DNA of 64,000 bases from contig OY821641.1 of assembly GCA_963555995.3 (NCBI GenBank), positions 1,952,001-2,016,000 of the forward strand. The letters run 5' to 3'. Positions 38,970 to 47,418 of the stretch are shown piece after piece (within the stretch, counting starts at the first letter, position 1; every line of letters begins with the position of its first letter). A program made the translations under genes and the position numbers. The DNA comes from Vicinamibacteria bacterium. GTDB taxonomy: Bacteria > Acidobacteriota > Vicinamibacteria > Marinacidobacterales > Marinacidobacteraceae. The notes beneath the pieces were generated by a model, which made no database searches, had not been told where the DNA came from, and worked only from the letters and a program-made list of their open reading frames with translations.

Positions 38970-39883
38970 GCCTGAGTCCCACGGCAACACCCAGCCGCGT
39001 CCTCCGCTCCGAGGCGATCACCCCTTCCGGGTTCGGCCGGGTCGTCGAGACGTTCTCGCTCGCGGAGGCCGCGGACGACCAGCTCGCCGCGCTCCGCCGG
39101 CTGTGGCTCGATTCGGGAGGGCTCCTGGTGCTGCGCACCGGCGAAGCGCTCTGCCCCAAGGACTTCCTGCGCTTCTGCCGGGCTTTCGGACCGCTCGAGC
39201 AGAACGAGAAGTACGACCCCGACTTCCTGCTGCCCGGGTATCCGGAGATCCTGCGGCTGGGCAACCTCCACCGGGACGGCAAGTACCGGGCGCTCTTCGT
39301 GCGCGCCGAACCCGGCGAGATCCTCTGGCACACCGACGACAGCTTCCGCTATCCGCAGCCCGCCGGTTCGATCTTCCACTGCCGGACCCATCCCGAGACC
39401 GGCGGCGGCACCTGGTACGCGGGGATGGCCCACGCCTGGGACGCCCTGTCCTCGCGCCTCCGCGACCACATCGAGGGCCGGTTCGCCGTCCACTCCTACA
39501 CCTTCCTCGACGACCGCCTCCGCCGGGACAACCCCCACCGCCGGGAAATGCCTCCGGAAGTACGGCGCACCCACCCCCCGGTGGTCCGGCCCCTGGTGGT
39601 CCGCCACCCGGAAACCGGCCGCCGGGCGCTCCTGATCCCGGACTGCCACATCGAGTCCGTGACGGGCCTGCAAGAAGCGGAAACGAGGTCGCTGCTCGCC
39701 GAACTCCTCGCCCACGCCACCGGCCCCGACTTCGCCGTCGGCTGGCAGTGGCGTCCGGGCGACGTCGCCGTCTGGGACAACCGCTGCGCCATGCACGCCG
39801 GCTCCCCGTTCGACGAACGCGAAGCCCGGCTCATGTATCGCGTCACCTTCACCGGCCCGGACACCTACGACGGCGAACGGTGA
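38966..39883 (+). CDS. TauD/TfdA-family Fe(II)/2-oxoglutarate dioxygenase (start uncertain; CTG proposed)
   Basis: WHTD, PLVVRHPETGRRAL, W.PGDVAVWDNRCAMH, R; TauD-like sequence extends upstream of GTG 39128 to a CTG overlapping the M28 stop. Confidence 0.88.
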   Translation: MSLSPTATPSRVLRSEAITPSGFGRVVETFSLAEAADDQLAALRRLWLDSGGLLVLRTGEALCPKDFLRFCRAFGPLEQNEKYDPDFLLPGYPEILRLGNLHRDGKYRALFVRAEPGEILWHTDDSFRYPQPAGSIFHCRTHPETGGGTWYAGMAHAWDALSSRLRDHIEGRFAVHSYTFLDDRLRRDNPHRREMPPEVRRTHPPVVRPLVVRHPETGRRALLIPDCHIESVTGLQEAETRSLLAELLAHATGPDFAVGWQWRPGDVAVWDNRCAMHAGSPFDEREARLMYRVTFTGPDTYDGER

Positions 39884-39896
39884 GAGGCCACTGGCC

Positions 39897-40074
39897 GGGG
39901 AGCGCCGGTCTTCAGACCGGCACCGCTGCGCGCCAGCGCAGCGAAACGCGCGCTGCCGGTTCGCCGAGGGCCCGGTATCGTGCAGGCGACGCAGTCCTTC
40001 TTGGAGGTCCGGGCTGCACCGCACTTTCGCAGCCCTCCCGGGCTGCGATGCCGGTCTGAAGACCGGCGCTCCCT
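39897..40074. repeat. REPIN-like inverted REP pair
   Basis: GGAGCGCCGGTCTTCAGACCGGCA ... TGCCGGTCTGAAGACCGGCGCTCC. Confidence 0.82.
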
Positions 40075-40194
40075 CACGGCAGAGCCATCCGGATGATTGG
40101 CGACCCCGGACCACGATTTGGGCAGCAACGAGCCGGAGTTCCGGCGGTCCCTGAACAGCAACAATCAGATCCACGTATGGGGGAAACTTCGCCA

Positions 40195-43100
40195 ATGCGT
40201 TCTGCTCCCCTGTCCGTTCTCACCCTGCTCCTTGCAGCGTCAACCCTCGCCGCCGAGGGGCGTTTCGATGCTCTCCGTTGGCGGCACATCGGTCCCGTCG
40301 GGAACCGGGTGTCCGCCGTGTACGGCATCCCCGGCGATCCCAACACCTACTACTTCGGCGCGGCGTCCGGCGGCGTCTTCAAGACGACCGACGGCGGAGT
40401 CCACTGGACGCCGGTCTTCGACGACCAGCCGGTGCTCTCGGTGGGGGCCATCGCGGTCTCGACCGCGGACCCGAACGTGGTCTGGGTCGGGACCGGGGAG
40501 GCCCACATCCGCAGCAACGTCTCGCTCGGGAACGGCGTGTACCGCTCCACCGACGCCGGCGCGACCTGGACCCACACCGGGCTGGAGCCGAGCGGCCGCA
40601 TCTCCCGGATCGTCACCCACCCCGCCGATCCCGACACCGCCTGGGTGGCGGCCCTCGGCCACCTCTACGCCCCGCAGGAAGAACGCGGGATCTTCCGGAC
40701 GACGGACGGCGGCGGGACCTGGGAACGGGTGCTCTTCGTGGACGAGAACACCGGCGCCTCGGAGATCGTCATCAGCCCCGCGAACCCGGCACTGCTGTTC
40801 GCCGGCATGTGGCAGATGCGGATGTGGACCTGGGGCCGGGAGAGCGGCGGGCCGGGCAGCGGCATCTTCCGCAGCCGGGACGGCGGGGACACCTGGGAGC
40901 GGCTCGAAGGGAACGGGCTGCCAGCCCGTCCCTGGGGCAAGGTCGCGCTGTCCCTGACCGCGGCCGACCCGCGCCGCATCTACGCCCTGATCGAGACCAG
41001 CTCCAACGAGGCGTTCGCGCCGCTCGACGAGCAGGACGGCGTCCTCTGGCGGTCGGACGACGGCGGGGACACCTGGGAGCTGGCGAGCCGGGACCACACC
41101 CTGATGCAGCGGCCGCACTACTACACCCGGGTGGTGGCGGCACCCGACGACGCCGACGAGGCGCACTTCCTCGCCACCCGCCACACGACCACCACCGACG
41201 GCGGGCTGACCACGTTCCTGAACAACTCGGGCGGCGACCACCACGACATGTGGATCGCGCCGGACCGGCCCGACCGGATGATCGTCGGCCACGACGGCGG
41301 GGTGAGCATCTCCACGAACCGGGGCGAGACCTGGCAACGCCCCCGCCTGCCGATCGCCCAGATGTACCACGTCTATACGGACAACCGGATCCCCTACCGG
41401 GTCATGGGGAACCGGCAGGACGGCCCCTCCTCGCGCGGTCCTTCCAACAGCCTCACCGGGGGCGGCATCCCGATCGGCGCCTGGGCGCCGGTGGGCGGGT
41501 GCGAGTCAGGATTCGCGATCCCCGATCCGAACGATCCGGGGGTCATCTGGTCGGGCTGCTACGAGGGAATCCTCGAACGCTACGAGGACCGCACCGGTCA
41601 GGCGCGCAACGTGAGCGTCTGGCCCGACAACCCCGAGGGGTGGGCGGCCGGCGAGCTGCGCGACCGCTTCCAGTGGACCTTCCCCATCCACATCTCTCCC
41701 CATGACTCGGACCGCGTGTACGCCGGCAGCCAGCGGGTCCACGTCACCACCGACGGCGGCCAGAGCTGGCAGACGATCAGTCCCGACCTGACGACGGACG
41801 ACCCGGACCTCCAGCTCAAGACCGGCGGGCTCACCTACGACGACGTGAGCCCCACCTACGCGGCGGTGCTGTTCTCCCTCGCGGAGTCGCCCCATACCGC
41901 CGGGGTGCTCTGGGCGGGAAGCAACGACGGGAAGATCCACGTCTCCCGGAACGCCGGGGACTCCTGGGACGACGTCTCGGCGAACCTGCCCGGCCTCCCG
42001 CCGCTCGGCACCTACTCCAACATCGAGCCCTCGCGACACGCCGCCGGGGCGGCCTACGTGACGGTGGACCTCCACCAGATCGGGGATACGAACACCTACG
42101 CCTACAAGACCGAGGACTTCGGCGCGAGCTGGCGGCGGCTCGGCGAGGACCTCCCGCAGCACACCCACACCTACGCCCACACCCTCCGCGAGGACCCGGT
42201 GCGTCCGGGCCTGCTGTTCCTGGGAACGGAGAACGCGGTGTACGTGTCCTTCGACGACGGCGCGAGCTTCGAGTCCCTGCAGTCGAACCTGCCGCACGCT
42301 CCGGTCCACTGGCTCACCATTCAGGAGCGCTTCTCCGATCTGGTGGCGGCGACCTACGGGCGCGGGTTCTGGATCCTCGACGACATCACGCCCATCCGGC
42401 AGTGGACGGCGGCGGCCGAAGAGGCGCCGGCTCATCTGTTCGCGCCGCGGGAGGCATGGCGTTTCCGGATGCGCCCGACCCCCATGAGCCAGCCCGAGGA
42501 CCCGGGCGCCGGCGAGAATCCGCCCTACGGGGCGACGATCCACTACCGGCTGGCCGAGGACGTTGCCGACGGGGTGTCGGTCGAGATCGTGGACGCCGCG
42601 GGAGAGACGGTCCGCACGCTCAACGGCGACGGCGGGGCCGGACTGCACCGGGTGGTCTGGAACCTCCGGAACGAACCGACCCGCCGCCCGCGGCTCCGCA
42701 CGCCGCCGCTCGACAGTCCCCATCACGTCCTCCCGGCGCGCGGGTTCCGGCTGCTGACCGAGTCCCGGCCGGTCGCCACCCTGCTCGCCCCGGGCGACTA
42801 CACGGTGCGGCTGAAGGTCGGCGAGGAGTCGCTGGAGCAGCCGCTGACCGTCCACGCGGACCCGGAAGCCCCCCACGCGGGGGCCGAGATCCCCGGGCAG
42901 GTGGAGGCGCTGCTGCGGATCCAGGAGATGGTCCGCGAGGTCGGCGCCATGATCGAGGAGATCGAGTGGCTGCGGAAGCAGACGGCGGACCGGCGCGCCC
43001 TGGGCGGCGCGCTCGCCGCGACCGTGGATGTCGCCGCCGGCGAATACGACAGCGCCCTCATGGAGCTCGAAGCGCGCTTTTTCGAGTTGCGGCTGACGGG

Positions 43101-43362
43101 CGGGAACGCCGGTCAGGACACCCTCCGCTGGCCCCGGCGGCTCCACGCCAAGCTGAGCAGCCTCCACGGCTACATCGGCGGAAGCGACCACCGGCCGACG
43201 GATCAGCACCTCGAGGTGCTGGCCCTCTACGAACGGGAACTCGCGGAGACCCGGGAGATGCTCGGCCAACTCACGGGAGACGAACTCGACGCCTTCAACG
43301 AGCAGCTCTCCGGGGCGGGCCTGCCGCCGGTGGTGCCGACGGGGAGCGGAGAGGAGCGGTAG
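40195..43362 (+). CDS. Exported BNR/Asp-box repeat (VPS10/sortilin-like, glycosyl hydrolase-like) protein
   Basis: WRHIGP..NRV; many (S/T)xDGGxTW Asp-boxes; ATYGRGFWILDDITP. Confidence 0.88.
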   Translation: MRSAPLSVLTLLLAASTLAAEGRFDALRWRHIGPVGNRVSAVYGIPGDPNTYYFGAASGGVFKTTDGGVHWTPVFDDQPVLSVGAIAVSTADPNVVWVGTGEAHIRSNVSLGNGVYRSTDAGATWTHTGLEPSGRISRIVTHPADPDTAWVAALGHLYAPQEERGIFRTTDGGGTWERVLFVDENTGASEIVISPANPALLFAGMWQMRMWTWGRESGGPGSGIFRSRDGGDTWERLEGNGLPARPWGKVALSLTAADPRRIYALIETSSNEAFAPLDEQDGVLWRSDDGGDTWELASRDHTLMQRPHYYTRVVAAPDDADEAHFLATRHTTTTDGGLTTFLNNSGGDHHDMWIAPDRPDRMIVGHDGGVSISTNRGETWQRPRLPIAQMYHVYTDNRIPYRVMGNRQDGPSSRGPSNSLTGGGIPIGAWAPVGGCESGFAIPDPNDPGVIWSGCYEGILERYEDRTGQARNVSVWPDNPEGWAAGELRDRFQWTFPIHISPHDSDRVYAGSQRVHVTTDGGQSWQTISPDLTTDDPDLQLKTGGLTYDDVSPTYAAVLFSLAESPHTAGVLWAGSNDGKIHVSRNAGDSWDDVSANLPGLPPLGTYSNIEPSRHAAGAAYVTVDLHQIGDTNTYAYKTEDFGASWRRLGEDLPQHTHTYAHTLREDPVRPGLLFLGTENAVYVSFDDGASFESLQSNLPHAPVHWLTIQERFSDLVAATYGRGFWILDDITPIRQWTAAAEEAPAHLFAPREAWRFRMRPTPMSQPEDPGAGENPPYGATIHYRLAEDVADGVSVEIVDAAGETVRTLNGDGGAGLHRVVWNLRNEPTRRPRLRTPPLDSPHHVLPARGFRLLTESRPVATLLAPGDYTVRLKVGEESLEQPLTVHADPEAPHAGAEIPGQVEALLRIQEMVREVGAMIEEIEWLRKQTADRRALGGALAATVDVAAGEYDSALMELEARFFELRLTGGNAGQDTLRWPRRLHAKLSSLHGYIGGSDHRPTDQHLEVLALYERELAETREMLGQLTGDELDAFNEQLSGAGLPPVVPTGSGEER

Positions 43363-43420
43363 GGGAAGTCCACGCCCATGAGGCGTACAGCGGTGCGCCG
43401 CCGCCCGCCTCCGGCGGGCT

Positions 43421-43443
43421 GTGCCGGCTGAAGCCGGCGTTCC
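43421..43443. repeat. REP palindrome
   Basis: GTGCCGGCTGAAGCCGGCGTTCC between convergent genes, next to a stop codon. Confidence 0.7.
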
Positions 43444-45336
43444 CTAACCTGCCAGCTTTTCTTCGAGGAGGCCGCGGGCTATGAGGGTGAAGTCGTGCTC
43501 CGTGACGATGCCGACCAGGCGGCCGTCTTCGACCACCGGCAGCGAGCCGATGCCCTTCTCGTTCATCAGCCGGATCGCGTCCACCGACGGCATGGACGGG
43601 GGGATGCTGATCGGGTCCGGCTTCATCACCTCGCGCACCGGGAGGAACTCGTCCTCGTCGAGGCCGCTCTCGGCGACCAGCTTGATGATCGTCCGGTAGG
43701 AGACGATGCCCACCAGCTTCTCGTCCTCCTCGACCGGAACGTGCCGGACCCGCCCCCAATCCATGAGGATCGCCGCCCGGCGGACCGACTCGTCCGGTTG
43801 GACGGTGAGGATGTCGCGGGTCATGAACTGCTCGACGTGCAGGTAGTGGTGCTTCCAGCCGCCGGAATCGCTCAGCACCGGCAGCTCCCAGCGCGCCACC
43901 GGAACCCCGGCGCCCTGCTGCCGCCGGGCGGCGCCGGTGATCGCGCTCAGCCGCTCCGAGAGCGACGCCTGGGTGCGGAGCGACTCGTAGCCGTCAAGCA
44001 TCCAGCGCGCCCCCGAACGGCCGGTGCGCACCCTCTCCTCGACGATGCCGATGTAGTGGTCCACGTCGCGGGAATGGACTTCCTTGCGGGCGAGCCCCTC
44101 CCGCGCCCGCGGCAGCAGTTCCTGGGTCAGCAGGTCCCGCACGCGCCATTGCTTGCCGTCGAGCCAAGTCAGTTCCGCCTTGAGCCCGAGCCGGCTGGCG
44201 GCCAGGAAGTTCTCCTTGACGTCGGCGAACGGCAGGATCTTCGCCGGCGCCACCCCCTCGCCCGAATAGGCGCTCATGAGACCCAGCCACAGCGCCATGT
44301 TGGCGACCTCGTCCGGAATCGTCGGCCCCGAAGGCAGGTAGCGGCTCTCGATCCGCAGGTGCGGCTTCCCGTCGGTGATGCCGTAGCAGGGGCGGTTCCA
44401 GCGCCACACCGTCCCGTTGTGGAGCTGGAGGGCCGAGAGCCGGGGCGGGTCCTCGTCCGCCTCGTCGTCGCCGCCGGCGTCCAGCAGCACCGAGTGGTGG
44501 GTGATGTTCTCGCGCAGGATCTCGAGTACCCCGCCCCGCACCCAGTCGTTGCCGAACGCGCCGCGCGCCGCCCGCTGGCGTTCGGTGGCGCGGGCGCCGC
44601 GGGTGTCGAGGCTCTGCTGGAAGAGCCCGATCCGGGTCTCCCGCCAGAGCCGGCGGCCGAACAGCAGGGGTGAGTTCGGCGAACAGGCGAGGATCGGCGC
44701 GGTCACGAGCTGCGCGAGGTTGTAGAGCCGCGAGAACTCCGCCGCCCCCACCTGCAGGTGGATCTGGAAGCTCGCGTTGCAGCCTTCCGGCATCACGTTG
44801 TCGTGGGTGCTGTGGATCTCGTCGGCGCCCGCCATGTGAAGGTGGTAGGGCTCCCCTCCCCGGAGCCGCTTCAGGGCCTCGTCCAGCACCCGGTAGCGCG
44901 CCAGCGGCGTCATGTTGTCGAGGGTCATGTCCGACAGCCGCAGGGTGGGCAGGATGCCGGTCAGGCACACGTCCACCCCGACCCGCCGCGCCGCCTCGGC
45001 GGCGGCGCTCATCACCTCTTCCAGCCGCTTCTCCGTCCGGGACAGGAGGTCGCCGGACATCAGCATCGGCTCCAGGTTGGCCTCCAGGTTGAACCGGGCG
45101 ATCTCGGTGGTGAAGGAGGGATCGTCCAGTTCCTTCAGCACCTCCATCGCCCTCGGCGCGGGCCGGTTCCCGTCGCCGATGAGGAACATCTCCTGCTCGA
45201 CCCCGACCCGATGGACGTCCTCCTCGATCCTCCCCTCGGTGATCAGCGCCTCCAGCTTCCGCAGGTCGCCGAACAGCCGTTTCTCGAACCGGCGGAGTTC
45301 CTCGCCGGAGACCGCGCGCGCGTCAAGCCGACCCAT
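43444..45336 (-). CDS. Glutamate-cysteine ligase (GCS2)-family protein with C-terminal CBS pair
   Basis: VGVEQEMFL, TTEIARFNLE, SFQIHLQV, NSPLLFGRRLWRETRI, NGTVWRWNR, HLRIESR; CBS motifs RHVPV, GSLPVV..GIVTEHD. Confidence 0.88.
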   Translation of the reverse strand: MGRLDARAVSGEELRRFEKRLFGDLRKLEALITEGRIEEDVHRVGVEQEMFLIGDGNRPAPRAMEVLKELDDPSFTTEIARFNLEANLEPMLMSGDLLSRTEKRLEEVMSAAAEAARRVGVDVCLTGILPTLRLSDMTLDNMTPLARYRVLDEALKRLRGGEPYHLHMAGADEIHSTHDNVMPEGCNASFQIHLQVGAAEFSRLYNLAQLVTAPILACSPNSPLLFGRRLWRETRIGLFQQSLDTRGARATERQRAARGAFGNDWVRGGVLEILRENITHHSVLLDAGGDDEADEDPPRLSALQLHNGTVWRWNRPCYGITDGKPHLRIESRYLPSGPTIPDEVANMALWLGLMSAYSGEGVAPAKILPFADVKENFLAASRLGLKAELTWLDGKQWRVRDLLTQELLPRAREGLARKEVHSRDVDHYIGIVEERVRTGRSGARWMLDGYESLRTQASLSERLSAITGAARRQQGAGVPVARWELPVLSDSGGWKHHYLHVEQFMTRDILTVQPDESVRRAAILMDWGRVRHVPVEEDEKLVGIVSYRTIIKLVAESGLDEDEFLPVREVMKPDPISIPPSMPSVDAIRLMNEKGIGSLPVVEDGRLVGIVTEHDFTLIARGLLEEKLAG

Positions 45337-45380
45337 GACGGCGAGGATTGTAGAAGCGCGGTAACGAGCGGCGCGGCCGG

Positions 45381-46064
45381 CTACGCCGGGTCCGGGACGA
45401 TGCGGCCGTCGAAGAGCTGGATGGTGCGTTGGGCGCGGTCGGCGTAGCGCGGGTCGTGGGTGACCATGCAGATGGTCGCCCCTCCCTCGTGGAGCGAGTC
45501 CAGCAGGTCCATCACCTCGGTGCCGTTCTTCGAATCGAGGTTCCCCGTCGGTTCGTCGGCGAGCAGGATCGAGGGCTCGCCGACGACCGCCCGGGCCACC
45601 GCCACCCGCTGCTGCTGCCCTCCCGAGAGCTGGGAGGGGAAGTGCTTCCGGCGGTGCGACATCCCGACGCGCTCCAGGGCCTCCAGGGTCCGCCGTTTCC
45701 GCTCGGCGCCCGGGGTGCCCCGGTACACGAGCGGCAGCTCCACGTTCTCGTAAACCGTCAGGTCGCCGATCAGGTTGAACGCCTGGAAGATGAAACCGAC
45801 CTCCCGGTTCCGGATCCGGGCGCGCTCGGTCAGGCCCAGGTTCGCCACCGAATGCCCGCCGAGCAGGTACTGGCCCGCGTTCGGCGTGTCCAGCAGGCCG
45901 AGGATCGAGAGCAACGTAGACTTGCCGCACCCGGACGGGCCCGCAATGGCCACGTAGTCGCCGGCGTCGAAACGGAGACTCACTTCCGAGAGGGCGTGCG
46001 TTTCGACTTCGTCGGTATAGAAGATCTTGCTGATGCCGCTCAACTGGATGACGGGGTCGGACAC
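45381..46064 (-). CDS. ABC transporter ATP-binding protein (LolD/MacB type)
   Basis: GPSGCGKST, LSGGQQQR, LADEPTGNLD, VTHD. Confidence 0.95.
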   Translation of the reverse strand: MSDPVIQLSGISKIFYTDEVETHALSEVSLRFDAGDYVAIAGPSGCGKSTLLSILGLLDTPNAGQYLLGGHSVANLGLTERARIRNREVGFIFQAFNLIGDLTVYENVELPLVYRGTPGAERKRRTLEALERVGMSHRRKHFPSQLSGGQQQRVAVARAVVGEPSILLADEPTGNLDSKNGTEVMDLLDSLHEGGATICMVTHDPRYADRAQRTIQLFDGRIVPDPA

Positions 46065-46140
46065 GGGTTCTCCTTTCGATGGGTTGGCTGCGTTGTTCCT
46101 TGTCTCGCCGGGTTCCCGATGGCGCGGTCGAACCCGGCCA

Positions 46141-47394
46141 TCATCGCAGACGGATCCGGTCGTGCCCTTCCCAGGCCGACGGGTCGGAGAGGATCACGGT
46201 GTCGCCCTCGGCAAGGCCCTCGCGGATCTCCACGGTGTTGACCGACGCCTTGCCGAGCCGCACCCGCACCCGGACCGCCTCGCCGCCTCCACCGCTCAGC
46301 CGGAAGAGGTCCACCTCGTCTCCCTCCTGGCCGAAGGCCGGACGGCCGACGTGCAGCACGTCGTCGAGACGCTCGATCTCCACCAGGCCGTCCACCGACA
46401 GCTCGCTGCGGGCGCCGCGCGGGAGATCCCCGGTGAACGCGACGTCCACCGTCACCGCGCCGTCGCGAACCGCCGGCTCCACGCGGACGACCCGTCCCGG
46501 CACGATGCCGTTCCGGGTGTCCACGCGGGCCGGCTGGCCGACCTCGATGTCCTTCGCCTGGACCTCCGCGATCCGCAGCTCCGCCTTCAGGCGGGCCGGT
46601 TCGGCGACCCGGGCGAGGTTGTCGCCCTCCGCCACCTGCTGACCGGCCTCGGCGGACACCTCCTGGAGGACGCCCGCGATTCCCGCGCGCACCTCGAGCC
46701 GGGAGACGAGTTCGCGCTTCAGCTCGAAGACGGCCCGCAGCCGCGCCACGCGGGCCTCTTCCGCCGCGAGTTCCGCCGCCGCCACCGCTTCGGCGAGCTC
46801 CAGCCGTTCCGCTTCGTGCCCGGCGCGCGCCTCCAGTTCGCCGGCGGCGCCCTCGCTGTCTTCCAGGGTGATCCTGCCGATGATCCCCTCGGCGTAGATC
46901 TGGGCGTCCGCCTCCGCATCGAGGGCCGCCTGGCGGGCCTCCGCCTCGACCGAGGCGAGCACCGACCGCTGGTTCAGCACCTGGCGGCGCAACTGGACGC
47001 GCCGGTCGTCGAGGTCGGCAACGGCCGCCGCCAGCTCCAGCTCCGCCGCCGTCAGCTCCTGGACGAGGCTCGGGTTCTCCAGCGTGAGGATCGCCGTGTC
47101 GGGCTCGACCCGGACCCCGGGGAGCGCGTGCACCGCGGCGACCCTCCCCGAACTGCCGGCCGCCACCCGCCGGACCTCTACCGGCACGAGCGTCCCCGGC
47201 CCCCGCACGCTCAGCAGCATCTCCCCCCGCCGCACGGTGTCCAGGAACACCGTGCCGCGGTCCACGCTCGGCGCGGCGGGCGACAGGCGGAGGGCGAAGA
47301 GGACGAGCGCCGCCAGCGCGCCGCCGCCGAGCGCCGCCAGCACGACGCGCCGGCGCCGGCGGCCTTCGGCGACTCCTTCGCGGGCGATGTCCAT
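46141..47394 (-). CDS. HlyD/RND periplasmic adaptor subunit
   Basis: N-terminal TM, VRRGEM..VRGPGTLVP, coiled coil, VRAGIAG, GLAEGDTVILSD. Confidence 0.9.
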   Translation of the reverse strand: MDIAREGVAEGRRRRRVVLAALGGGALAALVLFALRLSPAAPSVDRGTVFLDTVRRGEMLLSVRGPGTLVPVEVRRVAAGSSGRVAAVHALPGVRVEPDTAILTLENPSLVQELTAAELELAAAVADLDDRRVQLRRQVLNQRSVLASVEAEARQAALDAEADAQIYAEGIIGRITLEDSEGAAGELEARAGHEAERLELAEAVAAAELAAEEARVARLRAVFELKRELVSRLEVRAGIAGVLQEVSAEAGQQVAEGDNLARVAEPARLKAELRIAEVQAKDIEVGQPARVDTRNGIVPGRVVRVEPAVRDGAVTVDVAFTGDLPRGARSELSVDGLVEIERLDDVLHVGRPAFGQEGDEVDLFRLSGGGGEAVRVRVRLGKASVNTVEIREGLAEGDTVILSDPSAWEGHDRIRLR

Positions 47395-47418
47395 CCCGTG
47401 TCTCTTCCCCCCCCGGAG

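Noticed and set aside
7448-43269. Many long Arg/Pro/Gly-rich alternative-frame and antisense ORFs
   Set aside because: Expected in high-GC DNA; each overlaps a motif-supported gene.
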